A stretch of 64,000 nt of DNA from an uncultured Methanosarcinales archaeon (lineage in GTDB: Archaea > Halobacteriota > Methanosarcinia > Methanosarcinales > Methanosarcinaceae), in assembly GCA_964492225.1 (NCBI GenBank), contig CAZBJM010000001.1, positions 30,599-94,598 of the forward strand. The letters run 5' to 3'. Positions 18,069-31,869 of the stretch are shown here, piece after piece. Under the pieces are notes generated by a model. It was not told the DNA's origin, did no database searches, and saw only the letters and a program-made list of their open reading frames with translations. The translations under genes were made by a program, and so were the position numbers. Each line of letters begins with the position of its first letter. Within the stretch, counting starts at the first letter, position 1.

Positions 18069-18913
18069 CACTTATCCCCCAGTGTCACCGATGCATGCCG
18101 ATTAGCCCAGCATTGTATATTGATAGCCACTGGCAGGGATGCTGTATGGCAATATGCTTTTTTGATATGCAAGGCAAGTGCGGTGGTATCTCCCCCCAGG
18201 CCCATCGGACCTATTCCCAGGGTGTTGATATCGTGCAATATGCCCCTTTCAAATCCATCCATGTTATCTGTAGGTTCCAGAAGGGCAAGTTTGGCAAGAC
18301 GTGCAGCCTTATCAAAGGAACCTCCAATACCAACCCCAAGGATAACAGGGGGACAGGGTCTCCCACCGGCATTGAGCACGGTCTCGATTATAAGCTCGGG
18401 TATGCGGTCAACCTCCGTGGGGTTTAGCATCTTTATCACGCTCATGTTCTCAGAGCCAGCTCCTTTTGGGGCAACGGTTATCTTTAGTTGCCTTCCTTCA
18501 ACGAGCTCATATTTTATATCAGGGATGCCGTCCCCGATATTCGTGCCGGAATTATGCCGTGTGAGGGGATCGACAGCATTTGGACGCAGAGGAATGCATT
18601 CTGTGGCAAGCTCCACTCCTTTTGCAATAGCTGCCCCAATATCGAAGTCGAGTTTCAGGTCCCTGCCTATATCTACAAAAAAGATGAGGATCCCGGTGTC
18701 CTGACAGATGGGTATTTGTTTTTCAGAAGCTATCTCGATATTCCGGAGTATGGCATCCAGTTGCTCCCGCGCAAGTTGGGAACTTTCCTGTGCCCTTGCG
18801 TTCTTCAAGGCAACCACCACATCCTGCGGCAGGCTCGTCTGGGCCTTTCTCAGTATATCGACAACAGAGTCCACCACCTTAGTATAAGAAATGTCCCCTG
18901 ACAAAAAGATCAC
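18068..18913 (-). CDS. class I (Fe-S) fumarate hydratase, alpha subunit (N-terminal domain type)
   Basis: PICQDTGI motif of the FumA/TtdA family. The start is GTG at 18913, or possibly TTG at 18904. L-tartrate dehydratase cannot be excluded from sequence alone. Confidence 0.8.
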   Translation of the reverse strand: MIFLSGDISYTKVVDSVVDILRKAQTSLPQDVVVALKNARAQESSQLAREQLDAILRNIEIASEKQIPICQDTGILIFFVDIGRDLKLDFDIGAAIAKGVELATECIPLRPNAVDPLTRHNSGTNIGDGIPDIKYELVEGRQLKITVAPKGAGSENMSVIKMLNPTEVDRIPELIIETVLNAGGRPCPPVILGVGIGGSFDKAARLAKLALLEPTDNMDGFERGILHDINTLGIGPMGLGGDTTALALHIKKAYCHTASLPVAINIQCWANRHASVTLGDK

Positions 18914-18922
18914 CTTATATGA

Positions 18923-19005
18923 TGCGGGAGAAGGGATTCGAACCCCCGAACGCCTGCGCGAGAAGATCTTGAGTCTACCACCGTTGGCCGCTTGGTTACT
19001 CCCGC
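18923..19005 (-). tRNA. tRNA-Leu (anticodon CAA), type II with long variable arm
   Basis: Acceptor stem GCGGGAG/CTCCCGC. 3-bp D stem. Anticodon loop CTCAAGA. Variable arm CGC-GCAG-GCG. T loop TTCGAAT. Discriminator A. CCA not encoded. One U-U mismatch in the anticodon stem. Confidence 0.85.
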
Positions 19006-19130
19006 AATATGATGCTGCGGTCTTTCTACATCGGTATTTATTATAAATCTATCTGTTGCCCCCCATACACAATACTATTGTCTATATGTACAGAAGCTTG
19101 TAGAACTCCTATGGGCACCAACAACCACCC

Positions 19131-19290
19131 AGAAGAACGATCTATTAACGCGTGCTAAACCTATAACGAAAGATGCGGCGCCCTGTTGCAGTCCAACCCC
19201 CGGCTCCCCACCTGTCGCGCGCGTTTTTCCCGAGGCGCGGATATTATATAAAAATGAACGTTAAAAGCGAATTTCTGATCAGACAAGCTC
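19131..19290 (+). repeat. MITE-like repeat, copy C (left ~45 bp missing, internal deletion in right half)
   Basis: taacgcgtgc..ccaacccccggc..gtcgcgcgcgttttt..gcgaatttctgatcagacaagctc aligns with copies B, D and E. Confidence 0.8.
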
Positions 19291-19310
19291 ATTGAAGCAT
19301 CCGACCTAGG

Positions 19311-19414
19311 TCAAAGTATAGAGCATAATAGGCATTGCTTGTGTTGCTTGGACCGTGGCGACCAACGTGCACGCATGCGAAAGGATGGTCACTGTGTTGA
19401 CGAACTATCTGTGG
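19311..19414 (+). repeat. second repeat module (GC-box 2 / GTTGAC box), copy after MITE C
   Basis: tcaaagtat..ttggacc..cgtgcacgcatgcgaaaggatgg..gttgacg, similar to 10485-10584. Confidence 0.45.
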
Positions 19415-19550
19415 CGACGCATAGATATTAAAGAACAATATAGCAATTTAGAACGTGCAGAATGTGAGATATAGATATTTCAGGGCACTATTTTATAGTC
19501 CAAGGCTCATACTGTATGACCTGATGATAGATGTTCTTCAGAGGTAATCG

Positions 19551-22500
19551 ATGGGCGAGATAATTGCAAGTGAAGCGATGTATGCTTATTTTGAAACACT
19601 TGAATCGGGGTTAGGGCGTGAGATAGAGATAGCCAATAGGGCACGCTCCAAAGGGAAGGACCCAAAGCCCCATGTTGAGATCCCCCTTGCAAAGGACCTT
19701 GCAGACCGGGTAGAGAACCTTATTGGCGTCAAGGGTGTAGCTGAGCAGATACGCATATTCGATCAGACCATGTCCCGGGAAGAGGGGGCGCTGGCAATTG
19801 GAAAAGCAGTAGCTGAAGGTGTCGTAGGCGAATTCCCATCAAGGGGTGCAGCTATCGAGGCTGCCATACGTGTCTCAGTTGCCATGCTCACAGAAGGTGT
19901 GGTAGCTGCACCCATTGAGGGCATAGACCGGGTCAGTATCAATAAGAACGATGATGGCACGGAATATATCAGTATTTTCTATGCTGGTCCCATACGTAGT
20001 GCCGGTGGTACGGCTCAGGCCCTCTCGGTGCTTGTGGGAGACTATGTAAGAAGGGCAGTGGGGATAGACAGGTACAAACCGCGTAAGGAAGAGGTTGAAA
20101 GATACGTGGAGGAGATCCTTCTCTACAGGCGTGTGGCGAATTTGCAGTACACACCTACAGAAGATGAAATAAAGATGATAGTGGAGAATTGCCCAGTGTG
20201 TATCGATGGGGAACCAACCGAGGCTGAAGAGGTGGAAGGACATCGTGATATGGAAAGGATACAGACCAACAGGGTCAGAGGAGGTATGGCCCTGGTACTT
20301 GCAGAAGGTCTTGCCCTGAAAGCCCCAAAGGTAGCAAAACATGTGACAAAACTGGAATTGGACGGCTGGGACTGGCTCAATAGGTTCATATCAGGTAACA
20401 AGGGCAATGATGAGGATAAGGCCATCAAGGGCATCAAACCAAAGGACAAGTATCTCACAGACCTTATTGCAGGCAGGCCCGTCTTCTCGCATCCCATGCG
20501 GCCCGGCGGTTTCAGGTTAAGGTATGGTAGGTCGCGGAACACATCCTTTGCCGCTGCCGGGATAAGTCCAGCAAGCATGGTAATATTAGATAGTTTCATA
20601 GTTGCAGGCACTCAGCTTAAGGTAGAACGTCCAGGCAAAGCTGCAGGCATGGCACCTGTTGATTCCCTTGAGGGTCCAACGGTGAGGCTAAGGTCTGGGG
20701 ATGTGCTTAGGATAGATGATGAGAAGACTGCATACGCATTGCATCCGGAAGTGGAATATATCATTGACATAGGTGAGATCCTGATAAACTACGGAGACTT
20801 CCTGGAGAACAATCACCCCCTAATTCCTGCGTCCTACTGTTTTGAATGGTGGATACAGGAATACAGGAAGAACGAAAGGACCCTGGCTTTTGGTCATGAG
20901 ATGCCGGCCCTCCTTGATCCCTCCCAGGAACTTGTGCTGGAGATCTGTAGTGTAGGTGTACCCCTGCATCCGAAGTTCACATATCTGTGGCATGATATCT
21001 CATTGAGGGAGTTCACAGACCTTGCATCCTTTGTATCTGAACATGGTGTTGCCGGTGAAGAGCTACGCTTGCCCCTTGGACTGGCCCAGGATCATGGCAT
21101 CAAGGATATCCTTGAGATACTGCTGGTACACCATAAAGTTACAGATGATATGCTGGTCATCCAAGGACCAAGGCCGTTCATACGTTGCCTTGGCCTGGAC
21201 ATGGACCTCAAAAGGTCATGGGATGAGCTATCGTCCATGGAAGCCTTGGATGCTGTCAATCAGGTCAGTGGGTTCCAGGTCCGTGCCCGTGCTCCCATGC
21301 GAATTGGGGCAAGGATGGGGAGGCCTGAGAAGTCCAATAAAAGGAAGATGTCCCCTGCCCCACATGCACTCTTCCCCATTGGGGATACCGGTGGTATCAC
21401 CCGTAAAATGGAGACAGCTGCAAACCATAAGGAATCCATGAATGAGAAGATAGGCCTCATACGTGTGGAAATAGGCAACAGGCTGTGTCCGGCCTGCAAC
21501 ACCCAGACCTATGAATATCGTTGCGCTTGTGGAGAGTTCACTATACCAAGGTTGTCCTGCCCCAGATGTGGTATATCTGTGCAGAAGGAAGAATGTCCCA
21601 AATGTGGTGCCAAGACCACGTGTGTAAAGATGCAGGCCATAGACTTCAAGGGCATATACCAGGGAGCCTTTGAAAGACTTGGCGAGCGGGACACCAATAT
21701 CGAACTTAAGGGTGTGAAACGTATGATGTCCAAGGACATGACCCCAGAGCCCCTTGAGAAAGGCATCCTGCGTGCAAAGTACGACATATTCACATTTAAG
21801 GATGGAACTGTCCGCTATGATATGTCCGATATCCCATTGACCCATATACGAGCGGATGAGCTTGGTATCACTGTTGATATGCTGCATGGGCTCGGTTATA
21901 CCGAGGACATCTATGGCGAGCCTATTGTGAGGGAGGACCAGGTCATATGCCTTAAGGTCCAGGACCTGGTGGTATCCTACGATTGTGCAGAATACATGTT
22001 GCGCACCAGTAAATATATCGACGACCTGCTTGTGAAGTATTATAAAGAGGAAGCTTTCTACAATGCTGAGACCATAGAGGACCTTGTTGGCACACTGATG
22101 ATGGGTCTGGCTCCGCATACCTCTGCAGGTGTCCTGGGCAGACTTGTGGGTTTTACAAAGGCTTCAGTGGGTTACGCCCACCCCTTCTTCCATGCTGCAA
22201 AGAGACGTAACTGTGATGGTGATGAGGATTGTGTCATGTTGCTCATGGATGGTTTGCTCAATTTCTCCCGTGATTATCTCCCGGATCGCAGGGGCGGTAA
22301 GATGGACGCACCTTTGGTGCTCACCACAAGACTTGACCCAAGCGAGGTGGACAAAGAGGCTCACAATATAGATGTGTGTGACCATTATCCCCTGGAATTC
22401 TATGAAGCCACCCTTGATTATCCAAATCCCAGGGAACTTGAGAAGAGCATAGACCTTGTGAGCCGTAGACTTGGTACACCTTTGCAGTACGATGCTTTTA

Positions 22501-22964
22501 TGTTCACCCACGATACCAGTGATATTGCAGCCGGTCCTTTGAACTGTGCCTATAAGACATTGGGTAGCATGGTCGAGAAAATGGATGCCCAGCTTGCTCT
22601 GGCTGATAAATTGCGGGCCGTGGATGCAGGCGATGTGGCAGAAAGGGTGCTGACATCACATTTCCTGCCGGACATGTTTGGCAACCTCAGGGCATTTTCC
22701 AGGCAGGGTACAAGGTGCATGAAGTGTGCAGCCAAGTTCAGGCGTCCTCCTTTGACAGGTACATGCCCAAAATGCGGAGGTAATGTTATCCTGACCGTAC
22801 ATGAGGGTGCGGTGAAGAAATATCTCGAGGTCTCAAAGAGGGTCGCTGAGAAGTACAATGTGTCCAGCTACACCAAGCAGAGGATAGAGTTGCTGGGCCT
22901 GGACATGAAGTCCCTGTTCGAGAACGACCGGTCCAGGCAATTGGGCCTTTCTGAGTTCATGTGA
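19551..22964 (+). CDS. polC: DNA polymerase II (PolD) large subunit DP2
   Basis: 1137 aa. Archaeal DP2 hallmarks, including Cys clusters CPACN..CACG and CPRCG..CPKCG and the C-terminal [22 protein letters not shown] zinc motif. No intein. Confidence 0.92.
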   Translation: MGEIIASEAMYAYFETLESGLGREIEIANRARSKGKDPKPHVEIPLAKDLADRVENLIGVKGVAEQIRIFDQTMSREEGALAIGKAVAEGVVGEFPSRGAAIEAAIRVSVAMLTEGVVAAPIEGIDRVSINKNDDGTEYISIFYAGPIRSAGGTAQALSVLVGDYVRRAVGIDRYKPRKEEVERYVEEILLYRRVANLQYTPTEDEIKMIVENCPVCIDGEPTEAEEVEGHRDMERIQTNRVRGGMALVLAEGLALKAPKVAKHVTKLELDGWDWLNRFISGNKGNDEDKAIKGIKPKDKYLTDLIAGRPVFSHPMRPGGFRLRYGRSRNTSFAAAGISPASMVILDSFIVAGTQLKVERPGKAAGMAPVDSLEGPTVRLRSGDVLRIDDEKTAYALHPEVEYIIDIGEILINYGDFLENNHPLIPASYCFEWWIQEYRKNERTLAFGHEMPALLDPSQELVLEICSVGVPLHPKFTYLWHDISLREFTDLASFVSEHGVAGEELRLPLGLAQDHGIKDILEILLVHHKVTDDMLVIQGPRPFIRCLGLDMDLKRSWDELSSMEALDAVNQVSGFQVRARAPMRIGARMGRPEKSNKRKMSPAPHALFPIGDTGGITRKMETAANHKESMNEKIGLIRVEIGNRLCPACNTQTYEYRCACGEFTIPRLSCPRCGISVQKEECPKCGAKTTCVKMQAIDFKGIYQGAFERLGERDTNIELKGVKRMMSKDMTPEPLEKGILRAKYDIFTFKDGTVRYDMSDIPLTHIRADELGITVDMLHGLGYTEDIYGEPIVREDQVICLKVQDLVVSYDCAEYMLRTSKYIDDLLVKYYKEEAFYNAETIEDLVGTLMMGLAPHTSAGVLGRLVGFTKASVGYAHPFFHAAKRRNCDGDEDCVMLLMDGLLNFSRDYLPDRRGGKMDAPLVLTTRLDPSEVDKEAHNIDVCDHYPLEFYEATLDYPNPRELEKSIDLVSRRLGTPLQYDAFMFTHDTSDIAAGPLNCAYKTLGSMVEKMDAQLALADKLRAVDAGDVAERVLTSHFLPDMFGNLRAFSRQGTRCMKCAAKFRRPPLTGTCPKCGGNVILTVHEGAVKKYLEVSKRVAEKYNVSSYTKQRIELLGLDMKSLFENDRSRQLGLSEFM

Positions 22965-22973
22965 GGTGCACTA

Positions 22974-24209
22974 TCATCTTTTTACAGGGAGACCAATGGC
23001 ATTTATTTCCCTGATGAGCTCTGTGAACTGGGTTATCTCAAAGCTTAGGACCGCTTCTTTTGTCATGCCTATGGACATTTCACCGTCATAGCTAAGCATA
23101 TCCGGACCACGGCGAACGAAGCGATCGATACCATCCCTTGAAAGCACAGTCTTTGCTTCGGGGTCATGGACGAAGGCCCTGCCGGGGATGATGACCGTTT
23201 CCTTTACCTGGGAGAGGTCAAGGGCCTTGAGGTCATCGATGGTGATGAGGCATCCGATGTCTTTGTTCACTGGGAGCACATTGACATTGCTGTTCAGCTT
23301 GCAGAATATTTCAGCAAGACGCGGCGCTGCAGCTCTGCTTGTCAGTATTGTTGCATCCTTTGTGATGATTGGTAGTTGCCCCATTGCAGTTTCATCCAAC
23401 CTGATGGCAAAGGGTGAGCCTATGAGGGGATCTTCTAGGGGTGTGCCTGTGATGCGCAGCTTGTATCGTTTTGCAGCCTGTCGGACTATGTCAGCAAAAC
23501 CTTCTATGCTGTGGCTTGTCATATTTTCCATGACAGGTGCGTTGCCAAGTATGAGCCCTTCCTCATAAGTATTGGCAAAACGCATCAGTATAGCACCCTT
23601 TGCTCCCATCATTTCCAGGTCATAAAGGGTCTTGTCAAGCATTTCCCCATCATTTATACCGGGCATCAGGACGATTGCTGCATATACATCACATGCGGCA
23701 CAGAAGTCCCTGAGCACCTTTAGAGAGGCTTCAGGGTGCTGGTCATGCATGTATTTTCCGCGCAGGGCGGGGTCTGTACTGAAGACCGTAAAGGAAACTT
23801 CGGTCACACCATAGTTAATGAAGAACTCAGCCTCGTTACCTTCACTGAAACCTTTGCCACTGGTATAGCCAAGGTGTATCGGCAGACCAAACTGTGACAG
23901 GTTGGCAACAAGCGGCATAAGTTCGGGGTAACAACTTACATCTCCGCCACCACTAATGGTTATCTTGTCTATATCACCTTGGTCAAAGCGCAACCTCTGA
24001 GCCACTTCCATGAACACGAACTCTGCAGGTTTGAACCCGGAGTATGATTCTCTTACTCCACGTGTGCAGTAATTGCAACCTTTAGTAAATGGTAGGCAGT
24101 ATTTGCATCCAAGTGCCTGTATCTGTTTTACTTTTTTGAAATAACAATAACTACAAAATCCTTTGCAATCGACCCCGGGATTACCACCTACATCTGCAAT
24201 TATCTCCAT
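22974..24209 (-). CDS. mmp10: methanogenesis marker protein 10 (radical SAM, McrA arginine C-methyltransferase family)
   Basis: N-terminal [15 protein letters not shown] (CX3CX2C). ~411 aa. Divergent neighbour of mcrB, the position described for mmp10 in Methanosarcina. Confidence 0.8.
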   Translation of the reverse strand: MEIIADVGGNPGVDCKGFCSYCYFKKVKQIQALGCKYCLPFTKGCNYCTRGVRESYSGFKPAEFVFMEVAQRLRFDQGDIDKITISGGGDVSCYPELMPLVANLSQFGLPIHLGYTSGKGFSEGNEAEFFINYGVTEVSFTVFSTDPALRGKYMHDQHPEASLKVLRDFCAACDVYAAIVLMPGINDGEMLDKTLYDLEMMGAKGAILMRFANTYEEGLILGNAPVMENMTSHSIEGFADIVRQAAKRYKLRITGTPLEDPLIGSPFAIRLDETAMGQLPIITKDATILTSRAAAPRLAEIFCKLNSNVNVLPVNKDIGCLITIDDLKALDLSQVKETVIIPGRAFVHDPEAKTVLSRDGIDRFVRRGPDMLSYDGEMSIGMTKEAVLSFEITQFTELIREINAIGLPVKR

Positions 24210-24534
24210 GAGGGCTTAAGACATTATATTTGATATTTATAGTTATGCGGTGTATTTTTATATAGCAAGATTGTATAAAAAGCCGTATCACAATATATAT
24301 AAATAAAGTATACCTTTAGTATAATTATTATAAAACATGTGTTACTGAAGCCAGGTGATTGCGGGAATTATAGAAAAAGGATGCAAAGGTTTAAACACCT
24401 TCATTACTTAACTAGTCCTGAGAATTCCCGATGGAACTTTTTAGTGCAGGTATTTTTGGCATAGAGTAACAATTGGTCCGCCTGTACATTCCTTCGGGTG
24501 ATTTCTGAATACGAATAATAGGAGGAAAATAGAC

Positions 24535-25839
24535 GTGTCTGATAAAATAGACATTTACGACGACAGAGGTAAATTGCTGGCAAGTGGTGCTGATCTTCTA
24601 GACATTTCGCCAACAAGGAACGCAGCGATCCAACACATAATCAGGGACACTAAAAGAACCGTTGCAGTTAACCTTGCTGGTATCGAAAAGGCCCTTGAAA
24701 GTGGAAAGATGGGTGGTCTTGGCCGTAAGATCCTTGGCCGCGAGCTCAAGTACGATATCGTTGCCAACGCTGGTGCAATACAGGATGCGATCACCGGTTT
24801 CATCAAGACCAAAGATGGCGATGACACCAATGTGAAGCAATTGGCAGGCGGCAAGCAGCTCCTTGTACAGATCCCAAGTGCAAGGACCATGATAGGCGCT
24901 GACTACATATCCGCAAGCACTGTCACCGGTGCAGCAGTGGTCCAGGCCATTATCGATATGTACAAGACAGATATGTTCGATGCACCCATTGTTAAGTCTG
25001 CTGTATGGGGAAGCTACCCACAGACCATGGACATGATGGGAGGTAACATTGCATCCATCCTCAGTATCCCACAGAACAACGAAGGTCTCGGATACTCCCT
25101 GAGGAACATCACTACAAATCACATTGCAGCCATCACCGGCAAGAAGGCAATGAACGCAGCAGCACTGTCATCCATTTTCGAGCAGACTGCTATGTATGAG
25201 ATGGGTAACGCCGTTGGTCCATTCGAGAGGCACCAGCTGCTTGGTCTTGCATACCAGGGTCTCAATGCAGGCAACTTTGTCTATGATATCGTTAAGGAGA
25301 ATGGTAAGAACGGTACAATTGGCAGTGTTGTCCAGTCAGTAGTCGGAAGGGCACTCGAGAAAGGTATCATATCTGTTGACAAGACAGCCCCATCCGGATA
25401 CAAGTTCTACAAGGCAAATGACGTTTCCATGTGGAATGCATGTGCAGCAGTAGGACAGCTTGCAGCTACCATGGTGAACTGTGGTGCAGGCAGAGCAGCA
25501 CAGAACGTATCATCAACACTCCTGTACTTCAACGACATCCTTGAGAAGGAAACAGGCCTTCCAGGCTGTGACATGGGAAGATCACAGGGTACTGCAGTAG
25601 GTTTCTCCTTCTTCAGCCACTCTATCTATGGTGGAGGCGGACCAGGTATCTTCAACGGTAACCACGTTGTGACCAGACACTCAAGAGGTTTTGCTATCCC
25701 TTGTGTTTGTGCAGGATGCGCGCTCGATGCAGGTACACAGATGTTCACAATTGAGAAGACATCTGCACTTGTTGGCAGTGTGTTTGGGTCAATACCAGAC
25801 TTCAAGGAGCCTATCAAGGCAGTGGCAGGAGTTCTCTGA
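24535..25839 (+). CDS. mcrB: methyl-coenzyme M reductase beta subunit
   Basis: 434 aa, first gene of the mcrBDCGA order. GTG start at 24535 preceded by AGGAGG. Confidence 0.93.
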   Translation: MSDKIDIYDDRGKLLASGADLLDISPTRNAAIQHIIRDTKRTVAVNLAGIEKALESGKMGGLGRKILGRELKYDIVANAGAIQDAITGFIKTKDGDDTNVKQLAGGKQLLVQIPSARTMIGADYISASTVTGAAVVQAIIDMYKTDMFDAPIVKSAVWGSYPQTMDMMGGNIASILSIPQNNEGLGYSLRNITTNHIAAITGKKAMNAAALSSIFEQTAMYEMGNAVGPFERHQLLGLAYQGLNAGNFVYDIVKENGKNGTIGSVVQSVVGRALEKGIISVDKTAPSGYKFYKANDVSMWNACAAVGQLAATMVNCGAGRAAQNVSSTLLYFNDILEKETGLPGCDMGRSQGTAVGFSFFSHSIYGGGGPGIFNGNHVVTRHSRGFAIPCVCAGCALDAGTQMFTIEKTSALVGSVFGSIPDFKEPIKAVAGVL

Positions 25840-25875
25840 AGACCAGCCCAATAGAATATCGAAGGTCAGACAAAC

Positions 25876-26370
25876 ATGCCAGAATCTATTACAGATACAG
25901 GATACCTGCAACTTGAAATATTCCCAGGCAGGCTGCTTGGCCCGGATACTGCCGAGGCTTTGCTAAATGAGATAGCCGGTCTTGAGGGTGTCATCAGGTT
26001 GTTCGTACATGGCCCCAGGCTCCCTGCAACAGTGCCTTATGGTCCAGCGACCGGTATGGCTGTCCATCATCCTGGTAAAAGGGTGATAATGGTAGCTGGT
26101 CAGGAAGTGGATCTCGAGGTCAGTGTGGGTGGTATTCGTCTGGAGGTCACCGATGCCGATGTCAAGGAGTACATAAGGGACATTTGTGACAGATTGTTCA
26201 ATTTTCCTTATGAGTTCAGGGAAGGTATGTTCATTCCTACACAACAAACCGTTTCTGATTACGCCAAGCGCGGACCGGATGCGGACCCTATGTTGACGGG
26301 CATGAGCGATCCAAAAGGTAAACTGAGCAAAAAACCTGTCTGTATACTTTCAAAGCGTAAAGAAGAGTGA
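25876..26370 (+). CDS. mcrD: methyl-coenzyme M reductase operon protein D
   Basis: 164 aa, in the position and of the size expected for McrD. Confidence 0.88.
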   Translation: MPESITDTGYLQLEIFPGRLLGPDTAEALLNEIAGLEGVIRLFVHGPRLPATVPYGPATGMAVHHPGKRVIMVAGQEVDLEVSVGGIRLEVTDADVKEYIRDICDRLFNFPYEFREGMFIPTQQTVSDYAKRGPDADPMLTGMSDPKGKLSKKPVCILSKRKEE

Positions 26371-26374
26371 TAGA

Positions 26375-26986
26375 ATGTTCGACCGGGAAACACAGGTTGT
26401 AGATTGTAGGCACGGTATGGGTCTTGGCCGTGGAGGAGGACTTGCACAGCGCGGTACCCTTTCGGAAGCCGTTCGCCCAGATGTCATCACAGTTGCAATG
26501 AGCCCCGGAAGAAGGCATATCACAAAACCGGTATGTGAACTTACCTATGGTATGCGCCGTGAGGATATACAGGTCAGTGTGCTGGTCCTGGACACAGGTT
26601 CAGGGGTTCCTGACACTCTTATGGGTGGATCGGGTTCCTTTGGCATAAATCCAACAGAGGTAGCCCAGATAAACCGGCATAAAGTAGCAGTTATCCATAC
26701 AGGTAATGTAAGGGACCATGTGGTAAGGAAAGTAAGAGTGATTCTGGAAGAAGCAGATGTTCCTGCTATAGTTGTATGCCAGGCCCTTGTTGATTTTGAG
26801 GACCTCGCAGCAGCTGGTGTCAGGACAAGGCTTGTGATGCCTGATGAGAAAGATATTCAGACTAAGGGAAAGGTAATGGAGATCGTGACAGGAATAGCAC
26901 GAGGCGAATCATGTTCAAGGGAAAAACTGAACGAGCTCGTGAAAGCTGTAAAGGTCACTATGAGAACAATAGAGAATAAGGAGTGA
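26375..26986 (+). CDS. mcrC: methyl-coenzyme M reductase operon protein C
   Basis: 203 aa, in the position and of the size expected for McrC. Confidence 0.88.
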   Translation: MFDRETQVVDCRHGMGLGRGGGLAQRGTLSEAVRPDVITVAMSPGRRHITKPVCELTYGMRREDIQVSVLVLDTGSGVPDTLMGGSGSFGINPTEVAQINRHKVAVIHTGNVRDHVVRKVRVILEEADVPAIVVCQALVDFEDLAAAGVRTRLVMPDEKDIQTKGKVMEIVTGIARGESCSREKLNELVKAVKVTMRTIENKE

Positions 26987-26991
26987 ATATT

Positions 26992-27747
26992 ATGGTATAT
27001 AAACCACAGTTTTATCCAGGTGCAACATCCGTTGCAGTTAACAGAAGGAAGCACATGTCAGGTAAAGTGGAGAAGCTTAGGGATGTCTCCGACGATGACC
27101 TGACAATGATACTTGGTCACCGCGCACCAGGCAGTGACTACCCAAGCACTCACCCACCACTTGCAGAAATGGGTGAGCCTGACTGCTCTGTCAGACAGTT
27201 GGTCGATGCAACCCCAGGCGCAAAGGCCGGTGACAGGGTAAGGTATGTACAGTTCGTAGACTCAATGTATAATGGTCCATCCGTTCCATATTTCAGGTCC
27301 TACGCAGCAGCTATCAACTATAGAGGTGTTGACCCAGGTACACTTTCCGGTCGTCAGGTCGTTGAGGCCCGTGAGAGGGACATGGAACAGATTGCAAGGT
27401 TCCAGCTTGAAACTGAGATGACCTGTCCTGCACTTGCAAGCCTTAGGGGCGCAACTGTGCACGGTCACTCCCTCAGGCTCCCCGAGGATGGTGTGATGTT
27501 CGACATGTTGGACAGATGCAGAAAGGAAGGTGACGTGATCATAATGCACAAGGACCAGGTAGGCAGACCAATAGACAAGAAGGTCAACCTTGGTAAGCCA
27601 ATGTCTGAGGCAGAGGCAGCAAAGAGGACCACGATCTACCGTGTTGACAATGTGTCATTCAGAAGTGACAAAGAAGTCATTGAATGGGTGCACAGGGTGT
27701 TCGATCAGAGGACTACCTATGGTTTCAAGCCAGAGAGCAAGAGGTGA
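26992..27747 (+). CDS. mcrG: methyl-coenzyme M reductase gamma subunit
   Basis: The conserved N-terminus [10 protein letters not shown] starts at ATG 26992 (AAGGAG upstream). The track start at 26983 is a GTG overlapping the mcrC stop. Confidence 0.92.
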   Translation: MVYKPQFYPGATSVAVNRRKHMSGKVEKLRDVSDDDLTMILGHRAPGSDYPSTHPPLAEMGEPDCSVRQLVDATPGAKAGDRVRYVQFVDSMYNGPSVPYFRSYAAAINYRGVDPGTLSGRQVVEARERDMEQIARFQLETEMTCPALASLRGATVHGHSLRLPEDGVMFDMLDRCRKEGDVIIMHKDQVGRPIDKKVNLGKPMSEAEAAKRTTIYRVDNVSFRSDKEVIEWVHRVFDQRTTYGFKPESKR

Positions 27748-27752
27748 TGATA

Positions 27753-29471
<1,719 letters not shown>

Positions 29472-29493
29472 ATTCCATAAACATCGAATGAAT

Positions 29494-29525
29494 GCAGGCA
29501 TTTTGCCTGCTACCCTATTTTTTTA
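29494..29525 (+). terminator. hairpin plus T-run after mcrA
   Basis: gcaggca (29494-29500) pairs with tgcctgc (29504-29510), followed by a T-run at 29518-29524. Confidence 0.55.
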
Positions 29526-29709
29526 CTTCTTTTACAGTACACTGGCACGGAATATTGCTGTTATCCGCGTCACCTGAGCTCATTTGTACGCATCGTTGAA
29601 AAGACTGATAAAGAATGACCATACCTCTGGTAATACTTAAATGCAGTAAGGACCTCTTTTAGAAAAGTGATAGGTCTTTTCGATAGCTATTACTCAGAGG
29701 AGGTTCCAA

Positions 29710-31761
29710 ATGCAATACAGTCTTGGAATAGATGCAGGCGGCACTTATACCGATGCCGTCATCGTTCGCGATAAAGATGGCGTGATAATGGAGTCAGGGA
29801 AGGTGCTTACAAGCTATCCGGACCCCATAGAGGGCATAAGGAAAGTAATAGACGGGCTGACACCTGAATATGTGAGGGATGTCAGGCTGGTGTGCATATC
29901 GACTACCCTTTCCACAAATGCCATACTGGAGAATACTGGTTTTCCTGTGGGTGTGATCCTGGTCGGGGACTATGTCATTCCAGCAGAGGGCTTTCCTTCA
30001 AAGTACTATGTGCAGCTAAAGGGAGGGCATACCAGCAATGGGGAGGAGGAGGCCCCCCTGGATGAAGAGGGAGTGCTAAACTTTGCAAAAGAGGTGAAGA
30101 ACAAAGTAGCCGCTTTTGCGGTCTCTTCTTTTTTCAGCAATAGGAACTCCGACCATGAACTGAGGGTCCGTAAGATAGTGCGGGACCTCACTGGATTGCC
30201 TGTGGTATGTGGACATGAACTGTCCCAGGAACTGGGTGCCTATGACCGTTCAATAACTGCATATCTGAATGCACAACTGCTTCCCATTACCCACAAGTTC
30301 ATCGGTTCTGTCATGCAGGATATACGGTCAAGGGGCATCAATGCCAGTTTGCTCATGCTGAAATGTGATGGTTCGGTCATTGCTATGGAGGAAGCCCTTG
30401 AAAGACCCATAGAGTCTATATTTTCCGGCCCGGCTGCCAGTCTTGCAGGCGCATCATATTTGACAGGATATGATACCTGTATCATGGTGGATGTCGGGGG
30501 TACGAGCACAGATGTTGCACTGATCCACAACGGGGTCCCAAAGCTCAGCGACCACGGGGCCATTGTTGGCGGCTGGAAGACCATGGTAAAGGCCATAAGG
30601 ATGGAAACCATCGCAACCGGCGGGGACAGCCATGTATGGATAGATGATGGAAAGATGTACATCGGTCCAAGGCGTGTCATTCCTCTTTGTCGTGCAGTGC
30701 AGGAGCATCCTGGTCTTATGGCCAGTTTACAGCAATGCAAGGCACCCTCCAGAAAGTCCTTAAGTGAACATGTACAACCAGCCAGCTTCTTTGTCAGGAC
30801 AAATACCCAGCCAATGGAACTCAGTGCCTCAGAGGAGGAAATATACGATGCCATACACAAGATACCTATATCTTATCAAGACCTTGTCCAGCGGCTTGAA
30901 AAACAACCTCTTCTCCGGTCCCTTGAGGGTCTTATCCAGAAACGCCTCATTCAGATGATAGCCTTTACTCCCACCGACGCTCTGCATGTATTGGGCGAGT
31001 TCTCTCTCTGGGACAGTGAAGCTTCCAAAGTGGGGGCTGAGAAGCTTTCCAGGGTCCTTGGCATGTCACCCGGTGACTTCTGTCAGGATATCCGTCGAAG
31101 GGTTGCAAGGAACATGGCCCATGCCCTCATTTCCTATCTGGTGGAAGACATCCCGACATCCGTGATCAACCGGGTACTATCTGGTGAAAACTTCACCCGC
31201 TTCAAACTGGAGGTACCGGTAGTGCTTATAGGTGGTCCTGTAGCTGCCTTTAGGGAGGAGATGGGAAAGTTACTTGATGCAGAACTGATAGTCCCGGAAC
31301 ACTCCGACGTAGGCAACGCCGTGGGTGCACTTGCAGGAAAAGGTATCAAGCGCGTGGAGGTTCTTATAAAGAGGCATTTTGCTCCGGTGACCGGTGAGGA
31401 TGTCACCCTAGAGGAGCTCAAACATCTCAAGGAGCAAGAGAAGTACTTTGTCTTCACTCCCAAAGGAAGGCACGTGTTCCAGGACTTCTCCCAAGCGCTG
31501 GAATTTGCCACAGAAAGAGCCAGAAGTGAAGTTATGGAACATATGCGCACAACAGGTCATTCTCCCGATGATGTAGACCTGGAAGTGATGCGCAAGGATA
31601 TGGTCCTCAGTGAAGGAGAAGGTCCCGTGGAAACAAGGATAGTAGCTGTGGGAATAGCCAGCTCGCGCACTGAGATAAAAAAGAACATCATCCCGGACTA
31701 TATGAGCAAGAAGGCCATTGGCTGCAACCGCTTTTCCGATGGACCATATGCAGATAAATGA
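29710..31761 (+). CDS. hydantoinase/oxoprolinase-family protein (hydantoinase A-like ATPase fold)
   Basis: N-terminal GIDAGGTYTDAV and a second VDVGGTSTDV ASKHA-type phosphate motif. 683 aa. Confidence 0.75.
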   Translation: MQYSLGIDAGGTYTDAVIVRDKDGVIMESGKVLTSYPDPIEGIRKVIDGLTPEYVRDVRLVCISTTLSTNAILENTGFPVGVILVGDYVIPAEGFPSKYYVQLKGGHTSNGEEEAPLDEEGVLNFAKEVKNKVAAFAVSSFFSNRNSDHELRVRKIVRDLTGLPVVCGHELSQELGAYDRSITAYLNAQLLPITHKFIGSVMQDIRSRGINASLLMLKCDGSVIAMEEALERPIESIFSGPAASLAGASYLTGYDTCIMVDVGGTSTDVALIHNGVPKLSDHGAIVGGWKTMVKAIRMETIATGGDSHVWIDDGKMYIGPRRVIPLCRAVQEHPGLMASLQQCKAPSRKSLSEHVQPASFFVRTNTQPMELSASEEEIYDAIHKIPISYQDLVQRLEKQPLLRSLEGLIQKRLIQMIAFTPTDALHVLGEFSLWDSEASKVGAEKLSRVLGMSPGDFCQDIRRRVARNMAHALISYLVEDIPTSVINRVLSGENFTRFKLEVPVVLIGGPVAAFREEMGKLLDAELIVPEHSDVGNAVGALAGKGIKRVEVLIKRHFAPVTGEDVTLEELKHLKEQEKYFVFTPKGRHVFQDFSQALEFATERARSEVMEHMRTTGHSPDDVDLEVMRKDMVLSEGEGPVETRIVAVGIASSRTEIKKNIIPDYMSKKAIGCNRFSDGPYADK

Positions 31762-31769
31762 TATAAAGA

Positions 31770-31819
31770 AAAAAAATAAGTGGCACCAGCGACCTATATC
31801 ATATCGGTCTTTTGGTGCC
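31770..31819 (-). terminator. hairpin plus T-run (on minus strand) after the CBS-domain gene
   Basis: ggcaccag (31782-31789) pairs with ttggtgcc (31812-31819). An A8 run at 31770-31777 gives T8 on the minus strand. Confidence 0.45.
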
Positions 31820-31869
31820 TACATTCATGGGGTTACAGGCATGTGATACAATGCCGAAACCTTTTTTGC

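Noticed and set aside
17859-18704. Long antisense ORFs opposite real genes (also 620-1057, 21228-22118, 30240-30860, 49411-50160, 54363-54980 and others)
   Set aside because: Each overlaps a gene with strong family signatures on the other strand. Their translations are low-complexity (Ser/Pro/Arg/Leu-rich), as expected for shadow ORFs.
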